From a virus (lineage: Duplodnaviria; Caudoviricetes): DNA of 28,107 nucleotides. Below, piece after piece: positions 8,274-17,075 of this stretch. A program made the translations under genes and the position numbers. The notes under the pieces were generated by a model. It was not told the DNA's origin, searched no databases, and was given only the letters and a program-made list of their open reading frames with translations. Each line of letters starts with the position of its first letter. Positions within the stretch are counted from its first letter, which is position 1. Location: IMG/VR virus record IMGVR_UViG_3300037264_006520, positions 1 through 28,107 of that record; one strand, given 5' to 3'.

Positions 8274-8786
8274 ATGGCTCAAAGAGATTTACACAACATG
8301 GTGAAAAGCTTTGTTGCAATTCCTACCAGCACTATTTCTACCAACACCACGACTAATGGTGTTGCTATTGATACGCAGGGTTATGATAGTACTGAATTTT
8401 TCATAATCGCTGGTACGCTTGACGCAACTATCGTTTTTACTCCTTCAATTCAGGTGGCTGATGACGCCGGTTTTACCGTTAACGTTAATACCGTTGTCGA
8501 TCCTTTTTTAATCGGTACTACGGCTATTACTGATCCAGGTTCCCCTCCGGGGCCTAATCCGGCTTTTACTAACGCTAATGCCGGTTACGCAACTACTGCT
8601 ATCGCTGACGCGACGCTTAGCGGCGTAGCTTTGGATAGTAATAAAGTCGCGCGTATCGGTGTTTTAAACAAGCAAAGATATGTTAGATTGGTTGAGACTA
8701 GCACAGATAAAACAACCAGCGGCATTATTACCGCTCTTGCTGTTCTTAGCCATCCGCACATGCCTTCTACTCCGAAAGATAAATAA
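8274..8786 (+). CDS. Putative capsid decoration/cement protein
   Basis: Directly after the capsid gene with a strong RBS; beta-rich, AIDTQGY...IQVADD...KQRYVRL pattern resembling jelly-roll cement proteins. Confidence 0.6.
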   Translation: MAQRDLHNMVKSFVAIPTSTISTNTTTNGVAIDTQGYDSTEFFIIAGTLDATIVFTPSIQVADDAGFTVNVNTVVDPFLIGTTAITDPGSPPGPNPAFTNANAGYATTAIADATLSGVALDSNKVARIGVLNKQRYVRLVETSTDKTTSGIITALAVLSHPHMPSTPKDK

Positions 8787-8791
8787 TAATA

Positions 8792-9010
8792 ATGACAAGT
8801 TTAGTAAGAGATGAAGTTGGTGGTAATGATAGGACGAGAGTATTAATGCTTTCGTCCTATCAACTGCCAAATGGCGTGAGTTTAGAAAAAAATCGTTACT
8901 ATGAATTAGATTCAACAACGGCAAATTTTCTAAGACAAAATAAACTTGCCATGTCAGAAAAAAGGCATGTTTATGAAAACAAAATAATTAAAATTAAATA
9001 CGAGGAGTAA
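8792..9010 (+). CDS. Small head-region hypothetical protein
   Basis: 72-aa ORF tightly packed between head genes. Confidence 0.6.
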   Translation: MTSLVRDEVGGNDRTRVLMLSSYQLPNGVSLEKNRYYELDSTTANFLRQNKLAMSEKRHVYENKIIKIKYEE

Positions 9011-9013
9011 ATT

Positions 9014-9505
9014 ATGGCTGTTTTACCTATACCGCCAGCAAAGTGTGAAGTCTTAAATGGCTTCAAACAACCTGCTGATTCTACTAATACCGACCCCGCT
9101 TTTCCAGTTGGCAAAGATAATCAATTATTTTTCTATGGAACCATGGATGTTGGTGGCACTTTAATTACGGCAACCCGTTTTTTGAATGTGTTAAATTCTG
9201 TTAATCCATATTCGATTAGCGTAACTGCAAGCGCTGTTGCTATTTCCGGTAGAACGGCAATAGTTGGTGGAACTGGATTAGCATTGACGTTAGCGGCTCC
9301 GGAACCGGGTGCTTTATGCGACATGTGGCTTGCAAGCATATCGTCTGGCGCAGTTACTGTGAAAACTCCGGCTGGTGTCACTTTTGACGGCACTAACAAC
9401 ACGGCGACGTTCACAACTGGCGGTTTCGAATTGACCGTGGGTTACAGTTCAGCGACCCGTTGGCTAATTGTTTATAACAATGGCGTGACTTTTAGTACGA
9501 CATAG
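9014..9505 (+). CDS. Putative virion accessory protein (beta-rich)
   Basis: GAGGAG SD; Thr/Gly/Ala-rich 163 aa in the head module. Confidence 0.65.
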   Translation: MAVLPIPPAKCEVLNGFKQPADSTNTDPAFPVGKDNQLFFYGTMDVGGTLITATRFLNVLNSVNPYSISVTASAVAISGRTAIVGGTGLALTLAAPEPGALCDMWLASISSGAVTVKTPAGVTFDGTNNTATFTTGGFELTVGYSSATRWLIVYNNGVTFSTT

Positions 9506-9542
9506 TAAATATAAAACTATAAAAATTATAGCGTGAATTTGT

Positions 9543-11438
9543 ATGTCTAGTTTTATCGACAATTTTACAACGCCAGCAGATTATACTTACGATCCAGTTA
9601 AAATGGATATATCTGCTGGCATACTTTCGTTAAAAGAAGATTTAACGAATGTTTACGCGCGCTGGCATTTAAATGATGGAAGCGGGACTAACGTTGCGGA
9701 TAGTTCTGGGAATTCAAGAAATGGAACTACAGTAGGTTCACCATCTTGGGTGGCTGGAAAGCTTAATGGTGCTTTGCAATTGGATGGAACTACACAATAC
9801 GTTGATTGCGGTAATATTGCTAATTTTGAAAGGACGCAACCTTTTTCGGTACAAGCTTGGATTAATCCAAGTTCTGTGACTGGTACGTTAAGAAATATAA
9901 TTTCTAGGAAAAATCATTTATCTCCTTATGAAGGTTGGGACATCTCAATATCATTAGGTAAAATAGAATTTTATTTAATCAATAATTATGACACGAATAT
10001 CCAGATTTATGTAAATACAGTAAATAGTGTAAGCACTGGTAATTGGTATCATTTGGTTTTAACTTACGATGGAAGTTCGACAGCGGCAGGAGTTAAAATT
10101 TATTTACAAAGTGTCGACCAAGCCTTAACCATCAATTCTGATACTTTGAATGCAAGTGCGCTATCTTCAGCCGCTTGCAATATTGGCGCAATAAATAATG
10201 ATCCTACAATGGGTCTTTTTGCAGGAATAATTGATGAATTAAATATTTATAATCGTGTTTTAACACAAGATGAAATAACTTATTTGTACAATACCGGAAC
10301 TGGTAGGGAAAATTTTGTATATTATACAGATAAACCTAGATGCTATAAAACACTTGGTTATATAGATAATATAAAACAATATGTAAATTTTATCGAAACT
10401 TTGGGTGTTGGCAATCAAGGTTCTTGGGGATATCAATTATCTAGAGATGGCATAAATTGGCGATCATGGAACGGTTCTTCTTGGGATATAGCCGGTTATT
10501 CTGATTATAATACGGCAGCAGAAGTTGCCGCGAATATAGGATCATTTTACTTATATCCAAATTATACTTTACGTGTTAATTGTATTGCTCTTAGTGATGG
10601 AAAACAGGATTGCAAATTAGACACGATAGAAATTGATTACAATATAGATTTGCCACTTTCAAAAAATGATATTCCAACGATAGCTAATTTAGTTTGGGAT
10701 ATGTTACTTGCTGATCATAATACACCGAATACTTTTGGCGCTAAGAATCAGAAATTAATACCTTCAGAAACTATAAGCGATTACTACACGGATTTAACAC
10801 CGGTGACAAGCGCGATGGCGCTTGATTCTACCGTTGCAAAGGATGCCACTGTGGCAAAGGACGCCACTGTTGCGAAAGATGCTACAGTCGCAAAGGACAC
10901 GACGGTGGCTAAGGAAGCAACACTTTCCGCGCTTGCTTCTGTTGTAGCATTAGATGCCACGGTAGCCAAAGAAGCCACGTCGGTTTTAATTAAAGCCAAT
11001 ACGGACACAATACCCACAAAAGCCCTTGAAACTACGGCACAATCTATTAAAGCAAACACTGATACGATACCCGGCGTGAAGTCGCAAACTGATAAATTAC
11101 AATTTACAGGCACGAATGATGTGCAAGTGCGTATTAATGATTTGGGTGCATTAACCGCAACCTTCGTCGGCGCTTCTGTTTGGGACACTGTTGCTACTTC
11201 GCATGACATTCCTGATACGTTCGGTCATCTAGTGAATGAAATAGATATTTTGGGCAGCGATAATAATCGATATATAGACCAGTGTGTTTATTCAAACAAT
11301 AGCCTAACTTCTTGTCGGGTGCGGATTTATTCCAACCCAGCAAGCGTGGGCACAACTAGCGATGTGATAGCGACATTTTTAGTAACAGCGACGCAAACCA
11401 ACGGAAAAATGACTACTTTTAAGGAGGTACAGCAATGA
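9543..11438 (+). CDS. LamG/concanavalin A-like domain virion protein with repeat stalk
   Basis: RWHLNDGSGTNVADSSGN, GALQLDGT, FSVQAWI, WYHLVLTYDG, FAGIIDELNIYNRVLTQDEI; DATVAK repeats. Confidence 0.85.
   Translation: MSSFIDNFTTPADYTYDPVKMDISAGILSLKEDLTNVYARWHLNDGSGTNVADSSGNSRNGTTVGSPSWVAGKLNGALQLDGTTQYVDCGNIANFERTQPFSVQAWINPSSVTGTLRNIISRKNHLSPYEGWDISISLGKIEFYLINNYDTNIQIYVNTVNSVSTGNWYHLVLTYDGSSTAAGVKIYLQSVDQALTINSDTLNASALSSAACNIGAINNDPTMGLFAGIIDELNIYNRVLTQDEITYLYNTGTGRENFVYYTDKPRCYKTLGYIDNIKQYVNFIETLGVGNQGSWGYQLSRDGINWRSWNGSSWDIAGYSDYNTAAEVAANIGSFYLYPNYTLRVNCIALSDGKQDCKLDTIEIDYNIDLPLSKNDIPTIANLVWDMLLADHNTPNTFGAKNQKLIPSETISDYYTDLTPVTSAMALDSTVAKDATVAKDATVAKDATVAKDTTVAKEATLSALASVVALDATVAKEATSVLIKANTDTIPTKALETTAQSIKANTDTIPGVKSQTDKLQFTGTNDVQVRINDLGALTATFVGASVWDTVATSHDIPDTFGHLVNEIDILGSDNNRYIDQCVYSNNSLTSCRVRIYSNPASVGTTSDVIATFLVTATQTNGKMTTFKEVQQ
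10824..10913 (+). repeat. Five 18-nt in-frame repeats encoding D(A/S/T)TVAK
   Basis: GATTCTACCGTTGCAAAG / GATGCCACTGTGGCAAAG / GACGCCACTGTTGCGAAA / GATGCTACAGTCGCAAAG / GACACGACGGTGGCTAAG. Confidence 0.9.
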
Positions 11439-11533
11439 GTAGCCTAGGAATTGTGACATGTGGTCTTATCGAAATAGATACATTCTATTACGTAGTGCCT
11501 TTAATCGCAGAATTGCAAAAAATAACTTTTTAG
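11435..11533 (+). CDS. Unannotated 32-aa ORF (MSSLGIVTCGLIEIDTFYYVVPLIAELQKITF)
   Basis: AAGGAGGT SD at 11421-11428 and ATGA overlap with the LamG gene stop. Confidence 0.6.
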   Translation: MSSLGIVTCGLIEIDTFYYVVPLIAELQKITF

Positions 11534-11541
11534 GTTCAGTA

Positions 11542-11916
11542 ATGCAAATAAAGCGCGGCAATAAAGCAGATTTACAATTTATAGTTAAAGACGCCAACGG
11601 GGTTGTTTTAACAAATTTGTCTTCAGCTACGAATATTCAATTTGTATTAAAAAAGAATAAAATCGATCTTGATGAAGATGCGGTTGTTTTAAAAAATTTA
11701 ACAGACGGAATAACAATTGATACGCCGTTGATTGGTAACTGTACAGTTACTTTAACTTCGTTAGATATGAATATACCGGCGCAAAATTATTTTTGGGCTT
11801 TAAAAATTACATTTAGCTCGACAAGCATTCAAGAAGTAAATATTAAAAACCCTAATGTAAGAGATATTCTTTATATTGATTATATTTCGGTGGTAGAGAA
11901 CATAAGCCATGTCTGA
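11542..11916 (+). CDS. Beta-sandwich virion protein (BppU N-terminal-like)
   Basis: MQIKRGNK...LQFIVKDANG..NLS...GNCTVTLTSLD...YFWALKIT; AGGT before ATG 11542; the N-terminus from 11458 looks non-coding. Confidence 0.6.
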   Translation: MQIKRGNKADLQFIVKDANGVVLTNLSSATNIQFVLKKNKIDLDEDAVVLKNLTDGITIDTPLIGNCTVTLTSLDMNIPAQNYFWALKITFSSTSIQEVNIKNPNVRDILYIDYISVVENISHV

Positions 11917-12613
11917 TTTTATAAACCCAAATCCTACAGTTTTGGCATTAGTCAACTGGTCATATAATCAAATTGCTCCACCAGAAATAACTCCAATTGA
12001 TATCGCTGATCTTAAATCGCATTTAAGAATAGACGAGGTCGATGATGGACAAGAGTCATACCTAAATATTTTGATTGGTACCGCGGTTAAATATGCAGAA
12101 AACTATATGAATCGACGGCTTATTACACAAACATGGCGAACATATCGCAATAACTTTTTGGATGAACCGTGTATTGAAATTCAAAGAAATAGATTTCAAA
12201 AATTAACTTTGTTTAAATATTACGACCAAAACGGCGTGCTACAAGATTTATTGCCACAGTTAAATACTATGTACTATATAACTGATGAGCCGGACGGATA
12301 TTCACAAATTATTCCTTTGCCGGGACAAATGTTTCCAAGTATTGGTCAAATACAGCAAAGAAAGCAGGCGGTTATAATCGAATTTAAACTTGGATATGGC
12401 GATTTAAAAACCGATGTACCTAGCCCACTTAAAATGGCTTTATTAAATCACTGTGCTTTTTTATATGCTAACCGCGGAGATAGCGATAATGCCGGCTCTG
12501 AAGCTTCGGGAGGAAGCATAGATAACTCTAGTTTGGCATCAGTACCTAACGCAAGCATGGCAATTTATAATCAATATAGGATTAGGGATTTTGCTACCAA
12601 TGTAACTATATGA
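11909..12613 (+). CDS. Head-tail connector (gp6-like, phiE125 gp8 type)
   Basis: PIDIADLKSHLRID, AENYMNRRLITQTW, GYG...VPSPLKMALL..AFLYANR. Confidence 0.88.
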   Translation: MSDFINPNPTVLALVNWSYNQIAPPEITPIDIADLKSHLRIDEVDDGQESYLNILIGTAVKYAENYMNRRLITQTWRTYRNNFLDEPCIEIQRNRFQKLTLFKYYDQNGVLQDLLPQLNTMYYITDEPDGYSQIIPLPGQMFPSIGQIQQRKQAVIIEFKLGYGDLKTDVPSPLKMALLNHCAFLYANRGDSDNAGSEASGGSIDNSSLASVPNASMAIYNQYRIRDFATNVTI

Positions 12614-12637
12614 AACTTTAGCAGCGCATGGTGATAT

Positions 12638-13027
12638 ATGCCGCGATATTTAACCAAGAAAAAAAGGCTTGAAAAAATAGAAATAGGATCGCTTAACAGT
12701 GGGATAACAATTTTTTTAAGGGAATTAATTTCGCCAGCAGGCAATGATTATAAATATCGAGAAGTTTTTACGCCAAAAAGAAATGTATGGGCATTTATAG
12801 ATACTGTAGAAGGCATCACGGTATTTGATGATGTAAATACAGAGCGCGTAATTACCCATGATTTTTATATATACTATATTAAGAATATAACATTTCAAAA
12901 CTGGCTTGAATATAAAGGCAATAGATACAGAATTTATCACGTAGAAAATTACGGATTAGAAAATAAATTTTACTTATTGCGAACGACATTAACTGGCGAT
13001 AAAGATAAACAGGTTAGCTTGGCATAA
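12638..13027 (+). CDS. Head closure / head-tail adaptor (SPP1 gp16-like)
   Basis: IGSLNSGITI, VWAFI, THDFYI, YKGNRYRI; position after the connector. Confidence 0.8.
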   Translation: MPRYLTKKKRLEKIEIGSLNSGITIFLRELISPAGNDYKYREVFTPKRNVWAFIDTVEGITVFDDVNTERVITHDFYIYYIKNITFQNWLEYKGNRYRIYHVENYGLENKFYLLRTTLTGDKDKQVSLA

Positions 13028-13029
13028 TT

Positions 13030-13539
13030 ATGTTTAATATAAAATTTGAAGAAGATGCTCAAAATAGAAGGGTTATGTTGCAGTTGCAAAAAATGCCAGG
13101 CATGGCAATTAAGGCTGTGAAAATGGGGTTTTTTCGTATCGGAAAAGATTTAGTTCAAGAAGCAAAAAGTTTGATTAATAAAAAACCAAAACACGGAAGA
13201 ACATATTTGAAACATGTCGGGGCTGGTGGTAAAAAATTAAAATCCGCGATTAAACATATTGCATCGGCTCCGGGAGAGGCGCCTGCTGTTATGACTGGTA
13301 AATTACGTGATTCAATTAATTTTACTGTTAATGGAAGCGGTGGAGAAATGGATTTTGGAGTTGACGAATCGAGAAATGGCGTCAAATATGGAGAGTTTTT
13401 AGAATATGAAAATTTAATTGCGCGTACTGGCCAGGGATCTAAAAAAATGTTACCTCGGCCATATATAAGTAAAGCGTATGAAAATAGAAAAGGCAAAATA
13501 GAACAAATTTTTTTAGACGAATTTAAAAAATATATTTGA
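13030..13539 (+). CDS. HK97 gp10-like tail completion/neck protein
   Basis: ASAPGEAPAVMTGKLRDSI, YGEFLEY, KMLPRPYI. Confidence 0.8.
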   Translation: MFNIKFEEDAQNRRVMLQLQKMPGMAIKAVKMGFFRIGKDLVQEAKSLINKKPKHGRTYLKHVGAGGKKLKSAIKHIASAPGEAPAVMTGKLRDSINFTVNGSGGEMDFGVDESRNGVKYGEFLEYENLIARTGQGSKKMLPRPYISKAYENRKGKIEQIFLDEFKKYI

Positions 13540-13548
13540 TTGCTATTA

Positions 13549-13566
13549 AATAATAACAATAATAAA
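13549..13566 (+). promoter_or_regulatory. (AAN)6 leader without SD
   Basis: AATAATAACAATAATAAA then A-ATG. Confidence 0.6.
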
Positions 13567-13567
13567 A

Positions 13568-14656
13568 ATGAAAATAGCAGACATAGTTTATCAATTATTA
13601 GCAGTTTTTCCGCGCTATACGGATTTTTTTAGCGATAATATAAGCATTACTTCGCTAATTCGGTCTGGAGATACTATTACCGCAACTACGGGGTTAGCGC
13701 ATAATTTAATTGACGGGGATCGTGTTTATATTAGCGGGGCTTTGACTTCGATATCGATTAGTTCTTTGACTAGAATTGGAAATGTAGCAAAAGGAATAAC
13801 AGCGAGCAATCATGATTTAACAACTGGTTATCAAACACAAGTACAAATAAGCGGAGCAGATCAAACGGAATATAATGGCGTTCATAGATTTATAAAAGAG
13901 GATAATCGTAGAACATTTTATTATGAAGTTTTAGGAAGCCCAGCGACGCCGGCAACAGGAAGCCCAAAATTAATACAAAATATAAAATCTGGCTATAATG
14001 GATGGCATATTATTACCGTAATAGATGATACAAATTTTTCATTTACAACGACGGCACAAATTGAAAGTCCGGCTTTAGGCAATATAACATGCAAAAAGAA
14101 TTTTAGAATTTCTGGAGCTATAAGTATTGAAAGGGCCATTGAAAGCTATACAAAACAACCCTTGGGAAGTTTTTGGGCCTTTGTTGTTAAGGGATCAAGC
14201 ATAGCCAGCAAAGATAGATATACTTTTAATGACAGCACTAAAACAATTGCTCCTGGTCAGGATTTTAGATCTAAAATTATCGAACCATTTAGTGTTTTTG
14301 TATTTGCCCCAACTTCTGAATCATTGTCGGGAGTTGAGCAGCGCGATCAAATGGAAGATGTTGCGGTAGCGCTTTTTAAAAGTATTTTAAGATTATATTT
14401 GCCAAGCAGTTTTACTGATACGACAAATTACCAAATTGCTTTCGGAAATCACGGAATTTATAGCTATGATTATGCCTATTACATTCATGAGTTTACGTTT
14501 GAAAATCAATATGACTTAACTTATGATGATACTGTAGACACAGACGATAGCGTGGCATTTAGAGATTTAAGATTACAAATGGGTAGCTATTTTGATCCAA
14601 CTTCTGGTATTGTAATTAATACCAATGTGGATTTAGATAATATCCCATTAACATAA
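13568..14656 (+). CDS. Putative tail terminator/neck protein with inserted beta-domains
   Basis: Position between the gp10-like and sheath genes; C-terminal VAFRD motif; two internal H.L..G...ISGA....YNG domains. Confidence 0.6.
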   Translation: MKIADIVYQLLAVFPRYTDFFSDNISITSLIRSGDTITATTGLAHNLIDGDRVYISGALTSISISSLTRIGNVAKGITASNHDLTTGYQTQVQISGADQTEYNGVHRFIKEDNRRTFYYEVLGSPATPATGSPKLIQNIKSGYNGWHIITVIDDTNFSFTTTAQIESPALGNITCKKNFRISGAISIERAIESYTKQPLGSFWAFVVKGSSIASKDRYTFNDSTKTIAPGQDFRSKIIEPFSVFVFAPTSESLSGVEQRDQMEDVAVALFKSILRLYLPSSFTDTTNYQIAFGNHGIYSYDYAYYIHEFTFENQYDLTYDDTVDTDDSVAFRDLRLQMGSYFDPTSGIVINTNVDLDNIPLT

Positions 14657-14666
14657 TAAAATTCCC

Positions 14667-14689
14667 AATAATAAAAATAATAAAGAGGG
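14667..14689 (+). promoter_or_regulatory. (AAN)6+GAGGG leader/RBS of sheath gene
   Basis: AATAATAAAAATAATAAAGAGGG. Confidence 0.7.
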
Positions 14690-14696
14690 ATTAAAT

Positions 14697-16583
14697 ATGA
14701 CAATTAGCTTGCCTGAAGTAACGATTAATATCGTTCCATCTTATCAAAAAACTATCAACCATGCTCAAAAAGTTTTATTTGTAGGTCAAATGACCGCTGC
14801 CGGAACTGCAACTTCCGGGCAATTGTATACGGATATAGATAATGCAAACGGTCAGACGGCATTATTTGGTGCTGCTTCCATGTTAGATTTGGGCATTAGG
14901 GCTTTCAAATCAATTAATAAAAATTCACAAGTTGATGTTATACCGTTAGCCGATGCCAGCCCAGCGGCAGTAGCAGCAACTGGGTCGGTTCAATTTAACG
15001 GAACGGCTAGCGCTGGTGGTTCTTTTACTATTCAAGTGGTAGACATTTCACATCAATATACGGTTACTGTTGGCCTTGGAGATACTGCCGATGATATTGG
15101 CACAGCTTTGGCCGCGCTAATTAACGCTGATGTAACTTGCGCGGTTTCAGCGGTTAATACTTTGGGTGATATTGCTTTGACAGCGAAAGTTCCGGGTAGC
15201 GCAGGAAATTCTATAGTTGTAACCGTCACAGGATCTGCAACGGGTATATCGCATAATGAAATTCCCATGAGCGGTGGAACTGATGGCTCAATTGCTGCTT
15301 CTGGTTCAATCGTTTTTACCGGCGCGCCAACTGCAAACGGTACGTATACTATCGACGTCGGGTCTTCAATCAATAATGAATATACAATTTCAGTAACGAA
15401 TGGCGAAACATTATCGGCTATTGGCGCTGCTCTAGCCGCGGCAATTAACGCCGATACAATGTCGCCAGTGACCGCAATTAACACTACCGGCTCAGTAGCT
15501 TTAACTGCCAAAAATAAAGGCCTAGAAGGAAATTTTATAAGCTTACGCGTTAAAGGAAGCGTTACCGGCGTGACGGTAGCCGTTAATGTAATGTCTGGTG
15601 GTGCTATTAATCCAACTATAACTAATGTTTTCAGCGTTATAACAGATGAAAGATATCAAACTATAGTATGGCCACAAACTTATACTAGTTCAATTTTGTC
15701 TAGCTTTTTAGAATCAAGATTTAATGTTGATAACGATCTTTTGGATGGCGAAGGAATTATCGGCGCGACAGATACTTTTGCCAATCTTCAAACGCTTGGC
15801 AATAGCCTTAATTATAAAACTTTGGTTTATATTGGCGATAAAAAAATAGTTGATACTTATTACAAAGGCGCAAGCATTTTGGAATTAGATTATGTAAGGG
15901 CTTCCGAATTTGCGGCTATTAGAAGCTTAAGATTAACCGAAGGCGCCAATATTTCGCGTTATGTTTTAACTACTACTGGGTTACTGGATAATACTGGAGG
16001 AATGAGTATCGCAAGTCTGCCTTATTTTAATACGCCTTTTTATAATCTTCCGTTGATTGACCCGCAATACGGATTTAGCAAAGATGAAATTACACAATTA
16101 AATACCGCGGGAATTACCGTTTTGGCTAATAATCCAGATGCAACGCATATTATCGCCGGAACAACTATTAGCACTTATAAACGGGACGCCGCCAGCAATT
16201 CAGATGTCACTTTTAAATATTTGGAATACGTAGATACCGCATCCAATGTGCGCGAATATTTTTATAACAACTCGCGCTCTAGATTTGCGCAATGCCGCTT
16301 AACTGCTGGCGATGTAGTGCCGCAAAGAAACATGGTTAATCCAAAAATTATTAGCGCATTTTTTGATGAATTGTATGAAGATTTGGCTAACCAATATGTA
16401 TTAACGCAAACCGGCATAGATCAAACTACTGGTATTGAATTCTTGTCTTATTTCAAGGCAAATAAGACCGTTACATTAGATTTAGAAGTCGGTTCGGCAA
16501 CTGTCACAATGATTGTGCCAATTGTAACTCAATTGCGCAAAATATTTGTGCAAATGCAAGTTGGTTTTTCAACTAATTCATAA
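14697..16583 (+). CDS. Contractile tail sheath, Mu gpL-like, with duplicated domain
   Basis: KVLFVGQM, LFGAASML, LTAKNKGLEGN, MSGGAINP, ISTYKRDAASNSD. Confidence 0.92.
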   Translation: MTISLPEVTINIVPSYQKTINHAQKVLFVGQMTAAGTATSGQLYTDIDNANGQTALFGAASMLDLGIRAFKSINKNSQVDVIPLADASPAAVAATGSVQFNGTASAGGSFTIQVVDISHQYTVTVGLGDTADDIGTALAALINADVTCAVSAVNTLGDIALTAKVPGSAGNSIVVTVTGSATGISHNEIPMSGGTDGSIAASGSIVFTGAPTANGTYTIDVGSSINNEYTISVTNGETLSAIGAALAAAINADTMSPVTAINTTGSVALTAKNKGLEGNFISLRVKGSVTGVTVAVNVMSGGAINPTITNVFSVITDERYQTIVWPQTYTSSILSSFLESRFNVDNDLLDGEGIIGATDTFANLQTLGNSLNYKTLVYIGDKKIVDTYYKGASILELDYVRASEFAAIRSLRLTEGANISRYVLTTTGLLDNTGGMSIASLPYFNTPFYNLPLIDPQYGFSKDEITQLNTAGITVLANNPDATHIIAGTTISTYKRDAASNSDVTFKYLEYVDTASNVREYFYNNSRSRFAQCRLTAGDVVPQRNMVNPKIISAFFDELYEDLANQYVLTQTGIDQTTGIEFLSYFKANKTVTLDLEVGSATVTMIVPIVTQLRKIFVQMQVGFSTNS

Positions 16584-16598
16584 AAATAAAATAAATTA

Positions 16599-16630
16599 AA
16601 TATGGGATATTTCCTTTAAAATCCCACATT
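16599..16630 (+). promoter_or_regulatory. Stem-loop between sheath and tube genes
   Basis: AAT-A-TGGGAT ... ATCCCA-C-ATT. Confidence 0.45.
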
Positions 16631-16639
16631 ATTTTACCT

Positions 16640-16660
16640 AATAAAAATAATAATAAGAGG
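16640..16660 (+). promoter_or_regulatory. (AAN)6+AGG leader/RBS of tube gene
   Basis: AATAAAAATAATAATAAGAGG, identical to 8245-8265. Confidence 0.7.
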
Positions 16661-16667
16661 TATTAAA

Positions 16668-17063
16668 ATGGCAGTCGTAGTCAACAATTGGTCAACACCT
16701 ACACTAGTTATAAATAATCAAGTCGTGTTTATAGTCCCAGGTAGCCTAGAATTTACCGAAGGATTGGGCGAACAAAATGTTCGCACACAATCTGGCGGCG
16801 GTGGAACTGTGCAGCTTGTTTATTCTGATAACGCTGAAACAAAAATAGCCGATGTTAAATTTAAAATATTTAGCACTCCACCAAATATCAATCTTGCGCG
16901 TAGTTGGAAAATAAACGGCAGCAATAATGTTATTAGTGCCACGCATCCAAGCGAAGATATTACTCGCACATTTCCAAGCGCATCTCTAGTTAACCAATAC
17001 ACGATTCAAGCCAGCCCAGAAGGTGTGCTCGAATTAGAATTTAAAACTGCTCAAGCTGTTTAA
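16668..17063 (+). CDS. Tail tube protein
   Basis: 131-aa beta-rich protein immediately after the sheath; ends EGVLELEF. Confidence 0.8.
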   Translation: MAVVVNNWSTPTLVINNQVVFIVPGSLEFTEGLGEQNVRTQSGGGGTVQLVYSDNAETKIADVKFKIFSTPPNINLARSWKINGSNNVISATHPSEDITRTFPSASLVNQYTIQASPEGVLELEFKTAQAV

Positions 17064-17075
17064 TAGAGGTTCAAA

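Noticed and set aside
10824-10913. 18-nt repeats as a CRISPR array or DNA-level element
   Set aside because: In frame, no spacers, and variation is mostly at synonymous positions
11458-11541. ATG 11458 as start of the 152-aa ORF
   Set aside because: No SD, and the region is occupied by the coupled 32-aa ORF in another frame
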